This document shows, piece after piece, positions 39,174 through 53,665 of a stretch of DNA of 64,000 nucleotides. Both the position numbers and the translations under genes were made by a program. The stretch lies in NCBI RefSeq assembly GCF_044324875.1, contig NZ_CP172185.1. One strand, written 5' to 3'. The DNA is from Escherichia coli. Its GTDB lineage: Bacteria; Pseudomonadota; Gammaproteobacteria; Enterobacterales; Enterobacteriaceae. The notes below the pieces were generated by a model. It did no database searches. It had not been told where the DNA came from and worked only from the letters and a program-made list of their open reading frames with translations. Position 1 is the first letter of the stretch. Each line of letters begins with the position of its first letter.

Positions 39174-40883
39174 TTACTGCACCGGCTCCGTCGATGTAAC
39201 TTCGCCACTGGAAACGACGCCTGCATTCATGGTTTGAGTCACTTGCTGCTTTGTGGCGTTCATGGCATGCAATTGCCCGCTAACCGTAGGTTTCAGCGGG
39301 ATATTGGCCTGAATATCGCCGCTGGCGGTAAGCTGAATATTGCCGTCGCCAGTCAACGGTAATTCAGGCCATCCCCACTGTTGCAAAATATTCACCGGCA
39401 CACCGCGTCCATTCAGGCTGATATGGGTCTGACGTTGTGGCGTTTGTGAAACACTGGCGGTGGCTTCCAGAATGCCTTTTTCAGTAAATGCACTCAGTTC
39501 GCTGATATTCACCGTGCTGCTGTTGGCGGTCAGCGCCAGCGATGGGCGACGAACATCAACACGATTGAATGTCGCGGCGGCGGCATTCAGATTCGCCGAA
39601 CCACTCCAGACGCCCCATTTATGATCGGTAACCAGCGTCAGGTTGGCACCGTAACCATCGAGCGCGGTGAGCTGCCACGGGAAGTCAGGGTCGATATCAA
39701 TGATCAGATTGCGGCTGGCGCTAAATCTCTTCAGTTGCAGGCTGTTTAACCAGCCGGGTGTCGTTTCCATCCACAACTGTTGCCAGTTTTTCGGCAAGGT
39801 ATATTCCAGCCCGGCAATTGCCGCATCATCAAGGATCAACGTTTTCCCGTCACGCAGCCAGTTCCCTGACGTTCTGACCATGCCCCCTTCCCAGCGGCTG
39901 GTGAACTGGCGCAGCGCTACGCCCTGCGGGGAAAATTCCGCGTTTATAATCGGGTCAAATAAATGCAGCGAACCATAAATGAACTCGCTGGCGTTCATCG
40001 ACAGTTTGCCTTCCTGTGTCTGCCAGTCATCTTTACTGAAGGTCATGTTGCGCAAGCTGAGATCGAGGTCGGTCACCGCCCAGTCCGGACCTTGCAGACG
40101 AGCGTCAATGACTTCCAGGCGACCAATCTGCAACGACGGGACAGAGCGTAATGGCGCAAAGAAATCGGTTAGCGATTTTTCGCTTTGTAGACGGATATCC
40201 GCCATGCGCAGGTTTTCCACTTGCCAGCTGCCGTCAGCGTTACGCTGCGCGTTTCCGGTTAATGTCCCGCGGGCGATGTCGGCACCCAGGTTAGTCAGCG
40301 TAACGCGATCGTTATCAATACTGCCTTCAATCAGTACATTGGTGGCAGGAACATCATTGAGCGAAAGCGATCCGGCACTAAACTGAATCTGCGCCTTCGT
40401 ACCCAGCACTTTACCGGCTTCTGGTGACCACGGAACCACGCCGCCATTTACCCGCTGCGCGCTCAGTTTCCATTCGCTATTCGGGCTATTAAACGCCATC
40501 TCACGCAGTTGCAGACGATCGGCTTTGAACGGTAGCGGCGCGGTCTGGTCGGTGAGATTCAGCGTCCCGTTTTCCAGCAGGATGGTATCGACATGGCGTG
40601 GTTCGGTCAGTTGCCGACTGCTTAGCGCAATGTCGACACTTTTTGCCACCAGGGTCGCGGGCTGGCCATCACGGCCAAACGTGACGTTCTCCAGCACGAT
40701 ATGAGATGGCGCGGAAAAACGGTGATCCATCGCCCCGAAGGCCAGATGATAGTCGCTATTCTCGGAAACCCATGCGCTGATATGTTCTGCTCCCCAGCGG
40801 GTTTGCAGAAGAAAATAGAGGCCAGCGATCACCACTAACAGAGCGATGAAAATGTAGAGAAGCAGCTTCCCAATAAATTTCAT
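39174..40883 (-). CDS. yicH: AsmA-family inner-membrane-anchored protein
   Basis: Matches K-12 YicH (MKFIGKLLLYI...), 569 aa. Confidence 0.95.
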   Translation of the reverse strand: MKFIGKLLLYIFIALLVVIAGLYFLLQTRWGAEHISAWVSENSDYHLAFGAMDHRFSAPSHIVLENVTFGRDGQPATLVAKSVDIALSSRQLTEPRHVDTILLENGTLNLTDQTAPLPFKADRLQLREMAFNSPNSEWKLSAQRVNGGVVPWSPEAGKVLGTKAQIQFSAGSLSLNDVPATNVLIEGSIDNDRVTLTNLGADIARGTLTGNAQRNADGSWQVENLRMADIRLQSEKSLTDFFAPLRSVPSLQIGRLEVIDARLQGPDWAVTDLDLSLRNMTFSKDDWQTQEGKLSMNASEFIYGSLHLFDPIINAEFSPQGVALRQFTSRWEGGMVRTSGNWLRDGKTLILDDAAIAGLEYTLPKNWQQLWMETTPGWLNSLQLKRFSASRNLIIDIDPDFPWQLTALDGYGANLTLVTDHKWGVWSGSANLNAAAATFNRVDVRRPSLALTANSSTVNISELSAFTEKGILEATASVSQTPQRQTHISLNGRGVPVNILQQWGWPELPLTGDGNIQLTASGDIQANIPLKPTVSGQLHAMNATKQQVTQTMNAGVVSSGEVTSTEPVQ

Positions 40884-41003
40884 GGTCTTCCATCCCGTGA
40901 AATGCACATAAGGGAGTTATGCACGATTTACGCGCAATCCTCAAGGCGGGAATGGTGAAAGAGGTGAGACTGCGGCGGTAATTATCTTACCGCCGCCAGT
41001 GAA

Positions 41004-42395
41004 TTACTGTTTTTCTGGTGGGAAAATCAGATTCAGCACGATGGCAGTAATACCGCCCGCGGCGATCCCGGAGGAGAGCAGGTTTTTCAGCCACTCAGGG
41101 GCAAACTGCAAAATCAGCGGCTGCTGAGAGACGCCCAGACCAACCGCCAGCGACAGCGCGATAATCAGAATCGCCCGACGGTTCAGCGGCTCACGAGACA
41201 CAATGCGCACACCGGAGGCGGCGATGGTGCCAAACATTACAAGTGTTGCGCCGCCCAGAACCGGTTCTGGAATATGTTGTACAAAACCGCTCACTGCCGG
41301 GAACAGACCCAGCACGATCAACATCAGCGCGACGACAAAACCGACATAGCGGCTGGCAACCCCGGTCAACTGGATCACTCCGTTGTTCTGCCCGAAGCAG
41401 GAGTTCGGGAAGGTGTTAAACACCGCCGAAACAAACGAGTTCAGGCCGTTTGCTAGCACGCCGCCTTTCAGGCGTTTCATGTACAGTGGACCGGACACTG
41501 GCTGTTCGGAAACGTCAGAGGTCGCCGTGATATCGCCAATGGTTTCCAGTGAAGTGATCATAAAGACCAGCATCAGCGGCAGCAGCAGACTCCATTCAAT
41601 GCCAAGACCGTAATAGAGCGGCGTTGGCACCATAATCAGTTCTTGCGTCATCGGTTCGTTGCTTTCTGGCAACATGCCCATAAACCACGCCAGCGCATAT
41701 CCGGCCGCCATCGCAATCACCAGTGAGGCCACGCGTAAGTAAGGGTTACGTTGACGGTTAAGCAGGATAATTAAGGCTAAGACCACGCCTGCCAGCAGCA
41801 GATTTTTCGGTGCGCCGAAGGTGTTATCGCTCATGGCTGCGTAACCGCCGCCAATGGATGTTAGCCCCACCTGAATTAGCGACAGGCCGATAATCATCAC
41901 CACAACGCCAGAAACCAGCGGCGTAATAATGCGGCGCGCCAGATGCAGAACGCGGGAGATCACCATCTCGGTGCAACTTGCCAGCATCAACGTGCCGAAC
42001 AAAGCCGCCATCATGGTAGGAACATCAGCACCACCGGTTTTCAGCGCGGTACCGCCCATAATCAGTGGGGCAACAAAGTTGAAGCTGGTGCCCTGAATAG
42101 ACAACAGCCCGGAGCCAACCGGACCCCAGGCCTTAATTTGAATAATCGATGCCACACCGGAGGCAAACAGCGACATACTAATAATGTGTTGCGTGTCTTG
42201 TGCCGGTAAACCCAGCGCCTGGCAGATTAATAGCGCTGGCGTGATCACCGCAACGAACATCGCCAGCAAATGCTGACAGGCGGCAAACAGAGTTTGAGGA
42301 AGCGGCGGACGATCTTCAAGACGGTAAATCAGTTCGCTGTTTTGAGTCTGCGCAACCGGTTGCGCATTTTCTGACTCGAGGGTGGAAACAGACAT
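41004..42395 (-). CDS. xanP: Xanthine:H+ symporter (NCS2)
   Basis: Matches K-12 XanP/YicE, 463 aa. Confidence 0.95.
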
Positions 42396-42673
42396 CGAAA
42401 ACAATCCCGTGGTAGCAAAGCGGGCATTTTAGCTGACCGAAAGAGAAAAGCAAACGTTTGCTACGGCCTCTGCTAAATATTTAAATGAGATAAATGCACT
42501 TTTTTATATAACTTTTGGTATTTTTCTGCTTAAAATCCATGCCATTTGTTCATTAACAGCTGAGAATTTGACCCAGGAAAGCATAACTCGATACCCGTCA
42601 TAGTTCATAAGTTGCCACTGCGCGATGAAGTATGACGAGTATGAAAGAGTGATGCGGATACAAAGGAGTAACT

Positions 42674-43879
42674 ATGTTTCATCTCGATACTTTAGCAACG
42701 CTTGTTGCCGCAACGCTGACGTTGCTGCTCGGGCGTAAGTTGGTCCATTCCGTCTCCTTTTTGAAGAAATACACCATACCGGAACCTGTTGCGGGTGGTT
42801 TGTTGGTGGCGCTGGCGCTACTGGTACTGAAAAAAAGCATGGGCTGGGAAGTCAACTTTGATATGTCCCTGCGCGATCCGTTAATGCTGGCTTTCTTCGC
42901 CACCATTGGCCTGAACGCCAACATTGCCAGTTTGCGTGCCGGTGGGCGTGTGGTTGGCATCTTCTTGATTGTGGTTGTTGGTCTGTTGGTGATGCAAAAT
43001 GCCATTGGCATTGGTATGGCTAGCCTGTTAGGGCTTGATCCGCTGATGGGGCTGTTGGCCGGTTCTATTACGCTTTCCGGCGGTCACGGTACGGGCGCTG
43101 CGTGGAGTAAATTGTTCATTGAACGCTATGGCTTCACCAATGCGACGGAAGTGGCGATGGCCTGTGCGACGTTTGGTCTGGTGCTGGGCGGCTTGATTGG
43201 CGGTCCGGTAGCGCGCTATCTGGTGAAACACTCCACCACGCCGAACGGTATTCCGGATGACCAGGAAGTCCCGACGGCGTTCGAAAAGCCGGATGTGGGC
43301 CGCATGATCACCTCGCTGGTGCTGATTGAAACTATCGCGCTGATTGCTATCTGCCTGACGGTGGGGAAAATTGTTGCGCAACTTTTGGCTGGCACTGCTT
43401 TTGAACTGCCGACCTTCGTCTGTGTACTGTTTGTTGGCGTGATTCTGAGCAACGGTCTGTCAATGATGGGCTTTTACCGCGTCTTTGAGCGTGCGGTATC
43501 CGTGCTGGGTAACGTAAGCCTGTCGTTGTTCCTGGCGATGGCGCTGATGGGGCTGAAACTATGGGAGCTGGCTTCGCTGGCGCTGCCGATGCTGGCGATT
43601 CTGGTGGTACAGACCATCTTCATGGCGTTGTATGCCATCTTCGTTACCTGGCGCATGATGGGCAAAAACTACGATGCGGCGGTGCTGGCTGCGGGTCATT
43701 GTGGTTTTGGCCTCGGTGCAACGCCAACGGCAATCGCCAACATGCAGGCGATCACTGAACGTTTTGGCCCGTCGCACATGGCGTTCCTGGTAGTGCCGAT
43801 GGTCGGTGCGTTCTTTATTGATATCGTTAACGCGCTGGTGATTAAGCTGTATTTAATGTTGCCGATTTTTGCCGGTTAA
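42674..43879 (+). CDS. gltS: Sodium/glutamate symporter
   Basis: 401 aa, matches K-12 GltS. Confidence 0.95.
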   Translation: MFHLDTLATLVAATLTLLLGRKLVHSVSFLKKYTIPEPVAGGLLVALALLVLKKSMGWEVNFDMSLRDPLMLAFFATIGLNANIASLRAGGRVVGIFLIVVVGLLVMQNAIGIGMASLLGLDPLMGLLAGSITLSGGHGTGAAWSKLFIERYGFTNATEVAMACATFGLVLGGLIGGPVARYLVKHSTTPNGIPDDQEVPTAFEKPDVGRMITSLVLIETIALIAICLTVGKIVAQLLAGTAFELPTFVCVLFVGVILSNGLSMMGFYRVFERAVSVLGNVSLSLFLAMALMGLKLWELASLALPMLAILVVQTIFMALYAIFVTWRMMGKNYDAAVLAAGHCGFGLGATPTAIANMQAITERFGPSHMAFLVVPMVGAFFIDIVNALVIKLYLMLPIFAG

Positions 43880-43912
43880 CCGATGAAGCGGCGGTCTTCT
43901 CACCGCCGCCTT

Positions 43913-45994
43913 TTACGCATTCGAGTAACGTTCCGTCTCCGGCATCCAGCGTTCTATCAGGGCTTTTGCTTGTTGTGGGTAACGTTCGTGAATATGTCGC
44001 GCCAGGCGCTGAACTTCCGGGATCATCGCCTGGTCGCGCAGTAAATCCGCCACTTTAAACTCAGCATTACCCGTCTGACGCGTACCTAACAGTTCACCCG
44101 GTCCGCGAATCTCTAAGTCTTTCTGTGCAATCACAAACCCGTCATTGCTGTCGCGCAGCACTTGCAGGCGAATTTGCGCCGTTTTAGAAAGCGGCGTTTT
44201 GTAGAGCAGCACGCAGTGAGAAGCCACCGCACCACGACCTACACGCCCGCGAAGCTGGTGTAACTGCGCCAGACCCAGACGCTCAGGGTTTTCGATAATC
44301 ATCAGACTGGCGTTAGGCACATCAACGCCGACTTCAATAACGGTAGTGGCAACCAGCAGGTGTAACTCGCCTTGTTTAAATGATGCCATGACGGCCTGCT
44401 TCTCGGCTGGTTTCATCCGTCCGTGTACCAGACCAACATTCAACTCTGGTAGCGCCAGTTTCAACTCTTCCCAGGTAGCTTCCGCCGCCTGCGCTTCCAG
44501 TAACTCTGACTCTTCAATCAACGTACAAACCCAGTATGCCTGACGACCTTCAGTTATGCAGGCGTGGCGCACGCGGTCAATAATGTCGGTACGGCGGGTA
44601 TCAGGAATAGCGACCGTAGTCACTGGCGTGCGGCCTGGCGGCAGCTCATCTATCACCGAGGTATCGAGATCAGCATACGCAGTCATTGCCAGCGTTCGGG
44701 GGATCGGCGTGGCGGTCATGATCAACTGATGAGGATGGAAGCCTTGCTGCTGGCCTTTCTCCCATAACGCCAGACGCTGATGCACGCCAAAACGATGCTG
44801 TTCGTCGATAATCACCAGCGCCAGGCCGTTAAACTGCACCTGTTCCTGGAAGATGGCGTGTGTTCCGACAATCATCTGCACCTGACCGCTGGCGATGGCT
44901 TCCTGCTGTGCCAGCCGCGCTTTACCTTTCTGCTTACCGGCGAGCCAGCCCACTTCGATACCGAGCGGTGCAAACCAGTTACGGAAGTTATTGGCGTGCT
45001 GTTCGGCGAGTAATTCGGTTGGTGCCATCAATGCCACCTGTTTGCCGTGGGCAATCGCACGCAGCGCGGCGATGGCAGCGACCAGCGTTTTACCGGAACC
45101 TACATCGCCCTGTACCAGGCGCATCATCGGCGCATCCAGCGCCATATCGCGCTCGATCTCCGCCACCACGCGTGCCTGTGCGCCCGTTGGCTTGAACGGT
45201 AAGGCTGCGAGGAGTTTATTTTTCAGCGCGTCATTGGCGCTCAGCGGCTGGGCATGGAAACGTTGTGCACCAGCGCGTAACGCCAACATGCTGAGGTTGT
45301 GCGCAAGCAGTTCTTCCAGAATCAGCCGGCGTTGTGCCGGATGCTGCCCGGTTTCCAGATCGCTAAGCTGTAGCGTCGGTGGCGGGCGGTGCAAAGTGCG
45401 CAACGCTTCCGGTAGCGTCATCATTCCTTGTGACAGTTCCGGCGGCAGGAGTTCTTCAATGGCGCAGGTGTCGAGCAGATCCAGCGCCTGGTCGGTTAAT
45501 TTACGCAGCGTGGCCTGCTTTACGCCTTCCGTTGTTGGGTAAACCGGCGTTAGCGTTTCCTGCAACTCTGGCGTACTGAGATCGCCCTGCACGCGGTATT
45601 CCGGGTGGATCATCTCCGCGCCATATTTACCGCGCTTTGCTTCTCCATAGGCCAGCACGCGGCGGCCCGTCGTCAGGCTATTTTTCATTGCCGCGTTGAA
45701 GTTGAAAAAGCGCATGGTGAGAATGCCGGAACCGTCGCTGATCTGGCAGGTCATCATCCGCCGACCGCCGAAGGAGATATTGCAGTTCAGTACTTCGCCT
45801 TCTACCGTGGCATAAACGCCCGGTAGTAGTTCTCCGATGGGGTAGAGATGGGTGCGATCTTCGTAGCGCAGGGGAAGGTGTAAGAGTAGATCCTGCACGG
45901 TATGCAGGTTGATTTTCGCCAGCTTGTTACTAAGCGCTGCACCAACGCCCGTTAGGGAACTGAGCGGGACAGCATCTAACAGGCGACCTTTCAT
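43913..45994 (-). CDS. recG: ATP-dependent DNA helicase RecG
   Basis: 693 aa from MKGRLLDAVPLSSL. Walker A is GDVGSGKT and the DEQH box is present. Confidence 0.95.
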   Translation of the reverse strand: MKGRLLDAVPLSSLTGVGAALSNKLAKINLHTVQDLLLHLPLRYEDRTHLYPIGELLPGVYATVEGEVLNCNISFGGRRMMTCQISDGSGILTMRFFNFNAAMKNSLTTGRRVLAYGEAKRGKYGAEMIHPEYRVQGDLSTPELQETLTPVYPTTEGVKQATLRKLTDQALDLLDTCAIEELLPPELSQGMMTLPEALRTLHRPPPTLQLSDLETGQHPAQRRLILEELLAHNLSMLALRAGAQRFHAQPLSANDALKNKLLAALPFKPTGAQARVVAEIERDMALDAPMMRLVQGDVGSGKTLVAAIAALRAIAHGKQVALMAPTELLAEQHANNFRNWFAPLGIEVGWLAGKQKGKARLAQQEAIASGQVQMIVGTHAIFQEQVQFNGLALVIIDEQHRFGVHQRLALWEKGQQQGFHPHQLIMTATPIPRTLAMTAYADLDTSVIDELPPGRTPVTTVAIPDTRRTDIIDRVRHACITEGRQAYWVCTLIEESELLEAQAAEATWEELKLALPELNVGLVHGRMKPAEKQAVMASFKQGELHLLVATTVIEVGVDVPNASLMIIENPERLGLAQLHQLRGRVGRGAVASHCVLLYKTPLSKTAQIRLQVLRDSNDGFVIAQKDLEIRGPGELLGTRQTGNAEFKVADLLRDQAMIPEVQRLARHIHERYPQQAKALIERWMPETERYSNA

Positions 45995-45999
45995 GGTAC

Positions 46000-46689
46000 T
46001 TACCCTGCAGCTTGCATAGTGGCCCACCAGTCGGCATCGGCTTCAATTTCGCCCTGCTGATTGACGTGGGGGTAAGGCAGGCCTTTGCGTTTTGCGACTT
46101 TCGCCAGCACCGGATAGCCGCCTTCAAACAGCAGGCGTTGTTGCTCTGCTTCCGGCAACATGCTGTTTTCACGCAGGTACATGCCCGCATTTTGCCGCTG
46201 GCGCTGGGCTTCGTAAAGAATGAGGGCTGAGGCAACGGAAACATTCAGCGATTGCACCATGCCAATCATCGGAATGATGATGTCCCGATCCGCCAGGGCC
46301 AACGCTTCCTGCGTGATGCCTGTTTTCTCCTGTCCCATCAAAATACAGGTCGGGCGAGTGTAATCAATTTCGCGGAAATCGACAGCGTTATCAGAAAGAT
46401 GGGTTGCCAGAATCTGCATGCCCTGGCCTTTCAGATGAGCGACGGCATCGCCAATGGTGCGGTGCGTTTTCACCTGTACCCAGCTGTTACTACCCGCAGC
46501 TGCCGAAGCCATGGTGCGCATCCGGCTACCAGGCCAGACAGCATGAACTTCATGTACACCAACGGCATCTGCGGTACGAATAATCGCAGAAACGTTATGA
46601 GGTTTGTGGACCTGCTCCATGCAGACGGTCAGATCAGGCTGCCGCCTGGCGAGCATTTCGCAGATACGTGCATAACGTGTTGGGTTCAT
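46000..46689 (-). CDS. trmH: tRNA (Gm18) 2'-O-methyltransferase
   Basis: 229 aa, matches K-12 TrmH/SpoU. Confidence 0.95.
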   Translation of the reverse strand: MNPTRYARICEMLARRQPDLTVCMEQVHKPHNVSAIIRTADAVGVHEVHAVWPGSRMRTMASAAAGSNSWVQVKTHRTIGDAVAHLKGQGMQILATHLSDNAVDFREIDYTRPTCILMGQEKTGITQEALALADRDIIIPMIGMVQSLNVSVASALILYEAQRQRQNAGMYLRENSMLPEAEQQRLLFEGGYPVLAKVAKRKGLPYPHVNQQGEIEADADWWATMQAAG

Positions 46690-46695
46690 AAAACA

Positions 46696-48804
46696 TTAAT
46701 TTCGGTTTCGGGTGACTTTAATCACGTCTGGCATCACGCGGATTTTGCGCATGATATTCGCCAGATGCACACGGTCACGGGCGGTCAGACGAATAAAGGC
46801 GCTGTAGACGCGACCATCTTTCTCTTCCGTATTCAAACTTTGAATATTCGAGGTGGTGGTGTTAATTGCCGCTGTCAGGTTTGCCAGCGCGCCCTGATGA
46901 TTGAACATCTCCACCTTGATTTCGGTGATGAACTCCTGCGCCGTCTCTTTATCCCATTCCACAGCCATAAACTTCTCTGGCTCTTTCTGGTAGCCACGGA
47001 TGTTACGGCAGGATTCATGGTGGATCACCAGACCTTTACCGGGGCTGACGTGGGCGATAATCGGGTCGCCAGGAATAGGGCGGCAGCATTTCGCAAAGGT
47101 GATCAACACGCCATCGGCACCTTTAATGGGCAGATGTCCGTGACTTTGGGTTGCCGGTGGAATGGAGGCGTCCCCATGTTGCAGATTTTTCGCGACCACC
47201 ACGCTCATTGCGTTACCAAGGCCGATTTCAGCCAGCAGATCGTCAAGCGTTGCCAGCTTCATGCGGTCCAGCTCGCGCTGAATATTTTCCTGCGGGATTT
47301 CATTGAGCTTGCGGCTGCCACCCAACGCATGGTTGAGCAGACGACGGCCCAGGCTTACAGAATCATCACGCTTGAGGTTTTTCAGCAATTGACGAATTTT
47401 GGCGCGCGCTTTCGAGCTAACGACAAAGTTCAGCCACGCGGCATTCGGGCGAGCGCCAGGTGCGGTAATAATTTCAACGGTTTGACCGCTGGTAAGCGGC
47501 TGCGACAGCGGGTAAGGCTGGCGGTCGACGCGTGCGCCCACGCAGGCATGACCGATATCGGTATGCACCGCATAAGCGAAGTCGACGGGCGTTGCACCGG
47601 CAGGCAGCTCTACAATGCGCCCTTCCGGTGTGAAAACGTAAATTTCATCCGGGAAGAGATCGGATTTAACGCTCTCGATAAATTCAAACGAGCTACCGGC
47701 ACTCTGTTGCAGCTCCAGCAGGCTTTGCATCCAGCGCTGGGCGCGGATTTGTGCGGTGGTACTGGTTTCGCCGTGCTCTTTATAAGCCCAGTGCGCGGCA
47801 ACACCCATCTCTGCCATCTGATCCATATCTTCGGTACGGATCTGGACCTCAACCGGCACGCCGTGCGGGCCAATCATCGAGGTGTGCAACGACTGATAGC
47901 CGTTTGCTTTGGGAATGGCGATGTAGTCTTTCACACGACCCGGACGCGGCTTGTACAGGCTATGCATTTGCCCGAGCACGCGATAACAGGTGTCGGAATC
48001 ATTGACGATCACGCGGAAGGCGTAGATGTCCATAATCGAGTGAAAACGCTGCTCTTTGAGCACCATTTTGCAGTAAATCGAATAAAGATGCTTCTCGCGA
48101 CCACTGACGCGGCACGGTATTCCCGCTTCCTGCAAACGCCCTTCGATTTCAGAGAGGATTTTTTGGATCATCTCTTTACGGTTGCCGCGCGCGGCTTTCA
48201 CCACTTCTTTGATTACGCGGTAACGGTTGGGATACAGCGCCTCAAAACCCAGCTCTTCGAGTTCGGTTTTAATGTGGTGGATACCTAAACGGTGCGCCAG
48301 CGGGCTGTAAATTTCGAGTGTTTCACGGGCGATGCGGCGACGTTTGTCCGGGCGAAGTGAGCCCAGCGTGCGCATGTTGTGGGTACGGTCGGCAAGTTTG
48401 ATGAGAATGACGCGGATATCCTGCACCATCGCCATAATCATCTTGCGAAAGTTTTCGGCCTGCGCCTCTTTCTTATCGCGGAACTTGAGCTTATCAAGTT
48501 TCGACACCCCCTCTACCAGCTCGGCGACGCTTTTACCAAAAAGCTGTTCCATGTCCTGGTAGGTGGCGGGAGTATCTTCAATCACGTCATGCAGCAGCGC
48601 CGCCATAAGCGTTTCATAGTCGAGTTTCATCTCGGCCAGAATGCAGGCAACCGCCACCGGGTGCGTGATATAGGGTTCACCGCTTGAACGTGTTTGCCCC
48701 TCGTGAGCATCACGTGCAACGAGATACGCCTGCCGCAGACGCTTGATTTGGTCTTCCGGCAGGTAGGTTTGAATCAGTTGATTCAGGCTTTCAAACAGAT
48801 ACAA
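46696..48804 (-). CDS. spoT: Bifunctional (p)ppGpp synthetase/hydrolase
   Basis: 702 aa, matches K-12 SpoT. Confidence 0.95.
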   Translation of the reverse strand: MYLFESLNQLIQTYLPEDQIKRLRQAYLVARDAHEGQTRSSGEPYITHPVAVACILAEMKLDYETLMAALLHDVIEDTPATYQDMEQLFGKSVAELVEGVSKLDKLKFRDKKEAQAENFRKMIMAMVQDIRVILIKLADRTHNMRTLGSLRPDKRRRIARETLEIYSPLAHRLGIHHIKTELEELGFEALYPNRYRVIKEVVKAARGNRKEMIQKILSEIEGRLQEAGIPCRVSGREKHLYSIYCKMVLKEQRFHSIMDIYAFRVIVNDSDTCYRVLGQMHSLYKPRPGRVKDYIAIPKANGYQSLHTSMIGPHGVPVEVQIRTEDMDQMAEMGVAAHWAYKEHGETSTTAQIRAQRWMQSLLELQQSAGSSFEFIESVKSDLFPDEIYVFTPEGRIVELPAGATPVDFAYAVHTDIGHACVGARVDRQPYPLSQPLTSGQTVEIITAPGARPNAAWLNFVVSSKARAKIRQLLKNLKRDDSVSLGRRLLNHALGGSRKLNEIPQENIQRELDRMKLATLDDLLAEIGLGNAMSVVVAKNLQHGDASIPPATQSHGHLPIKGADGVLITFAKCCRPIPGDPIIAHVSPGKGLVIHHESCRNIRGYQKEPEKFMAVEWDKETAQEFITEIKVEMFNHQGALANLTAAINTTTSNIQSLNTEEKDGRVYSAFIRLTARDRVHLANIMRKIRVMPDVIKVTRNRN

Positions 48805-48822
48805 GGGCGACCCGCTTTGTGA

Positions 48823-49098
48823 TTAACGACGACCTTCAGCAATAGCGGTAACGGCTTGTAATTCAGCGGCTTCCTGCTCTTGCTGTTCCTGGCGTTCACG
48901 AACGTCGAGGATCTGGTTGTTGATCAGACCTTCTTCGATTTCGCGCAGCGCGATTACAGTGGTTTTATCGTTTTCTTCCGGTACCAGCGGATCCTTTCCG
49001 CCTACCTGCATCTGACGAGCGCGACGCGCGGCGACCAGTACCAGGTCAAAACGGTTACCAATTTTCTCTACAGCGTCCTGAACAGTTACGCGTGCCAT
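48823..49098 (-). CDS. rpoZ: RNA polymerase omega subunit
   Basis: 91 aa, [21 protein letters not shown]... Confidence 0.95.
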
Positions 49099-49152
49099 AC
49101 TTAAAAAGCTCCACAGGTGAAGAAATGACTGGGCATGATACTGAAATCAGGT

Positions 49153-49940
<788 letters not shown>

Positions 49941-49941
49941 C

Positions 49942-52330
<2,389 letters not shown>

Positions 52331-52620
52331 GGTTCTCTCCCTAAAAATCTGTCTGGCAGGGTAGCGATTTGTGCGTATTGTCACGATTGAGATTTTTTAA
52401 GGTGAGAGGAAATTGATAACTTGTAGTTATGTGAAATCGCTATTTTCTGTAGCGTAGATGCATTCTTCTGACTTCTTGTCTGAGAAAATGCATAAGAAAA
52501 AATAGGTTAAAATTGAGGGGTGGAAAAGAAAGGTGCAATGTTTAGCCATTGTGTTCACCGCACCTGGACTTTGGCTTACGCATCGGGTATCTCAATCAAC
52601 AAAAGAGTTTTTAGTTTCTG

Positions 52621-53445
52621 CTATTTCTTCTCTGTAATTTTTACACTGTTTTCCAACTGCTTGATGCTGACCTGCGGGGTCGGCAACTCCTCAGGCATGG
52701 TTCCGCCAAGTTCCTGAATGGTTTGCCTCACCTTGCTACCCACGTCAAAGTGTGTGGTATTAGCTTGCTGTTTTGAATTCACGCCATCCCGCTTGAGTTT
52801 TTCTTCTGTTTGGGTAGCTCGAAAGAGATTAGCCGCCAGTTCTGTTGAACCCATATGATCCAGGATCTTCTGACTCTTTTTCAGCCCCTTCCGCTGATGG
52901 ATGGCTTTCTGATCTAATCCACCATACAGCCCCCGGTAACCATGATTCTGAAATATGGCGAAATCGATAGCTGTCGCTACCCCAGCTTGCTGCGCTGCCT
53001 CAACTAATTGTTTGTTATGTTCTTTCAACTCATTTCTCAGAAAAAGACGCTTTTCGTCTTCACGAAGTTGCCTGAAAGCTTCATCGTCAGCCAGCTCCTG
53101 TCGTCGGGTCTGGATAGCAAAATAAGTTTGCCCTGCCGCAATAACCGGTTTCGCAGGGTCGCCGTTTTGTACTACCAGGTAACAGGCATAGCGGGAGAGT
53201 ACGATGTCTTTTAATGCTCTTTTGGCATTTGAGCCAATTTTGACCATATCGAGGATCTCCTCGAAATGGTCATCAATTGTGTGACCACTATTCAGACAAG
53301 CTTCTTTGGCGCGCGTTAATACAGGTATAAAGTGACGATACTCTGAATAACCCAGTAGTTTCCCAAGTTGTCTTGCTGACCATTGTTCTGCTCCGTTTGC
53401 ATTAATCAGCTTTATCTCTTCAAAAGGTTGATGATGTTCGTTCAT
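52621..53445 (-). CDS. dinD: DNA-damage-inducible protein D
   Basis: 274 aa from MNEHHQPFEEIKLINANGAEQW. Confidence 0.9.
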   Translation of the reverse strand: MNEHHQPFEEIKLINANGAEQWSARQLGKLLGYSEYRHFIPVLTRAKEACLNSGHTIDDHFEEILDMVKIGSNAKRALKDIVLSRYACYLVVQNGDPAKPVIAAGQTYFAIQTRRQELADDEAFRQLREDEKRLFLRNELKEHNKQLVEAAQQAGVATAIDFAIFQNHGYRGLYGGLDQKAIHQRKGLKKSQKILDHMGSTELAANLFRATQTEEKLKRDGVNSKQQANTTHFDVGSKVRQTIQELGGTMPEELPTPQVSIKQLENSVKITEKK

Positions 53446-53488
53446 TGCCCACTCCATGTGATATCGATTGCAAGGAAAGTAAGTCTAC

Positions 53489-53508
53489 AACTGTGTTTAT
53501 ATACAGTT
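53489..53508. promoter_or_regulatory. LexA (SOS) box upstream of dinD
   Basis: aactgtgtttatatacagtt fits CTGT-N8-ACAG, 44 nt upstream of the dinD start. Confidence 0.8.
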
Positions 53509-53665
53509 GTGAGTATCTCACGTTCTCACTGCGCTGGGCAAAAAAACATCGCAAAATCTGGAGCAGGCACGCAAAACAGAATTGAATGTTGCGGGGAAGA
53601 AAAATGCCGCTCTGTTTTAGTGGCGGCATTTGTGAAGGCGGAAAAGTAAGAATTGGCGTTACGAG

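Noticed and set aside
46252-48288. Very long ORF (678 aa) on the plus strand, antisense to trmH and spoT
   Set aside because: It lies entirely opposite two well-conserved genes. Its translation is low-complexity with no recognisable motifs. Long stop-free antisense frames are a known artefact of codon bias in GC-balanced genes. The same applies to 44895-45542 and its neighbours opposite recG.
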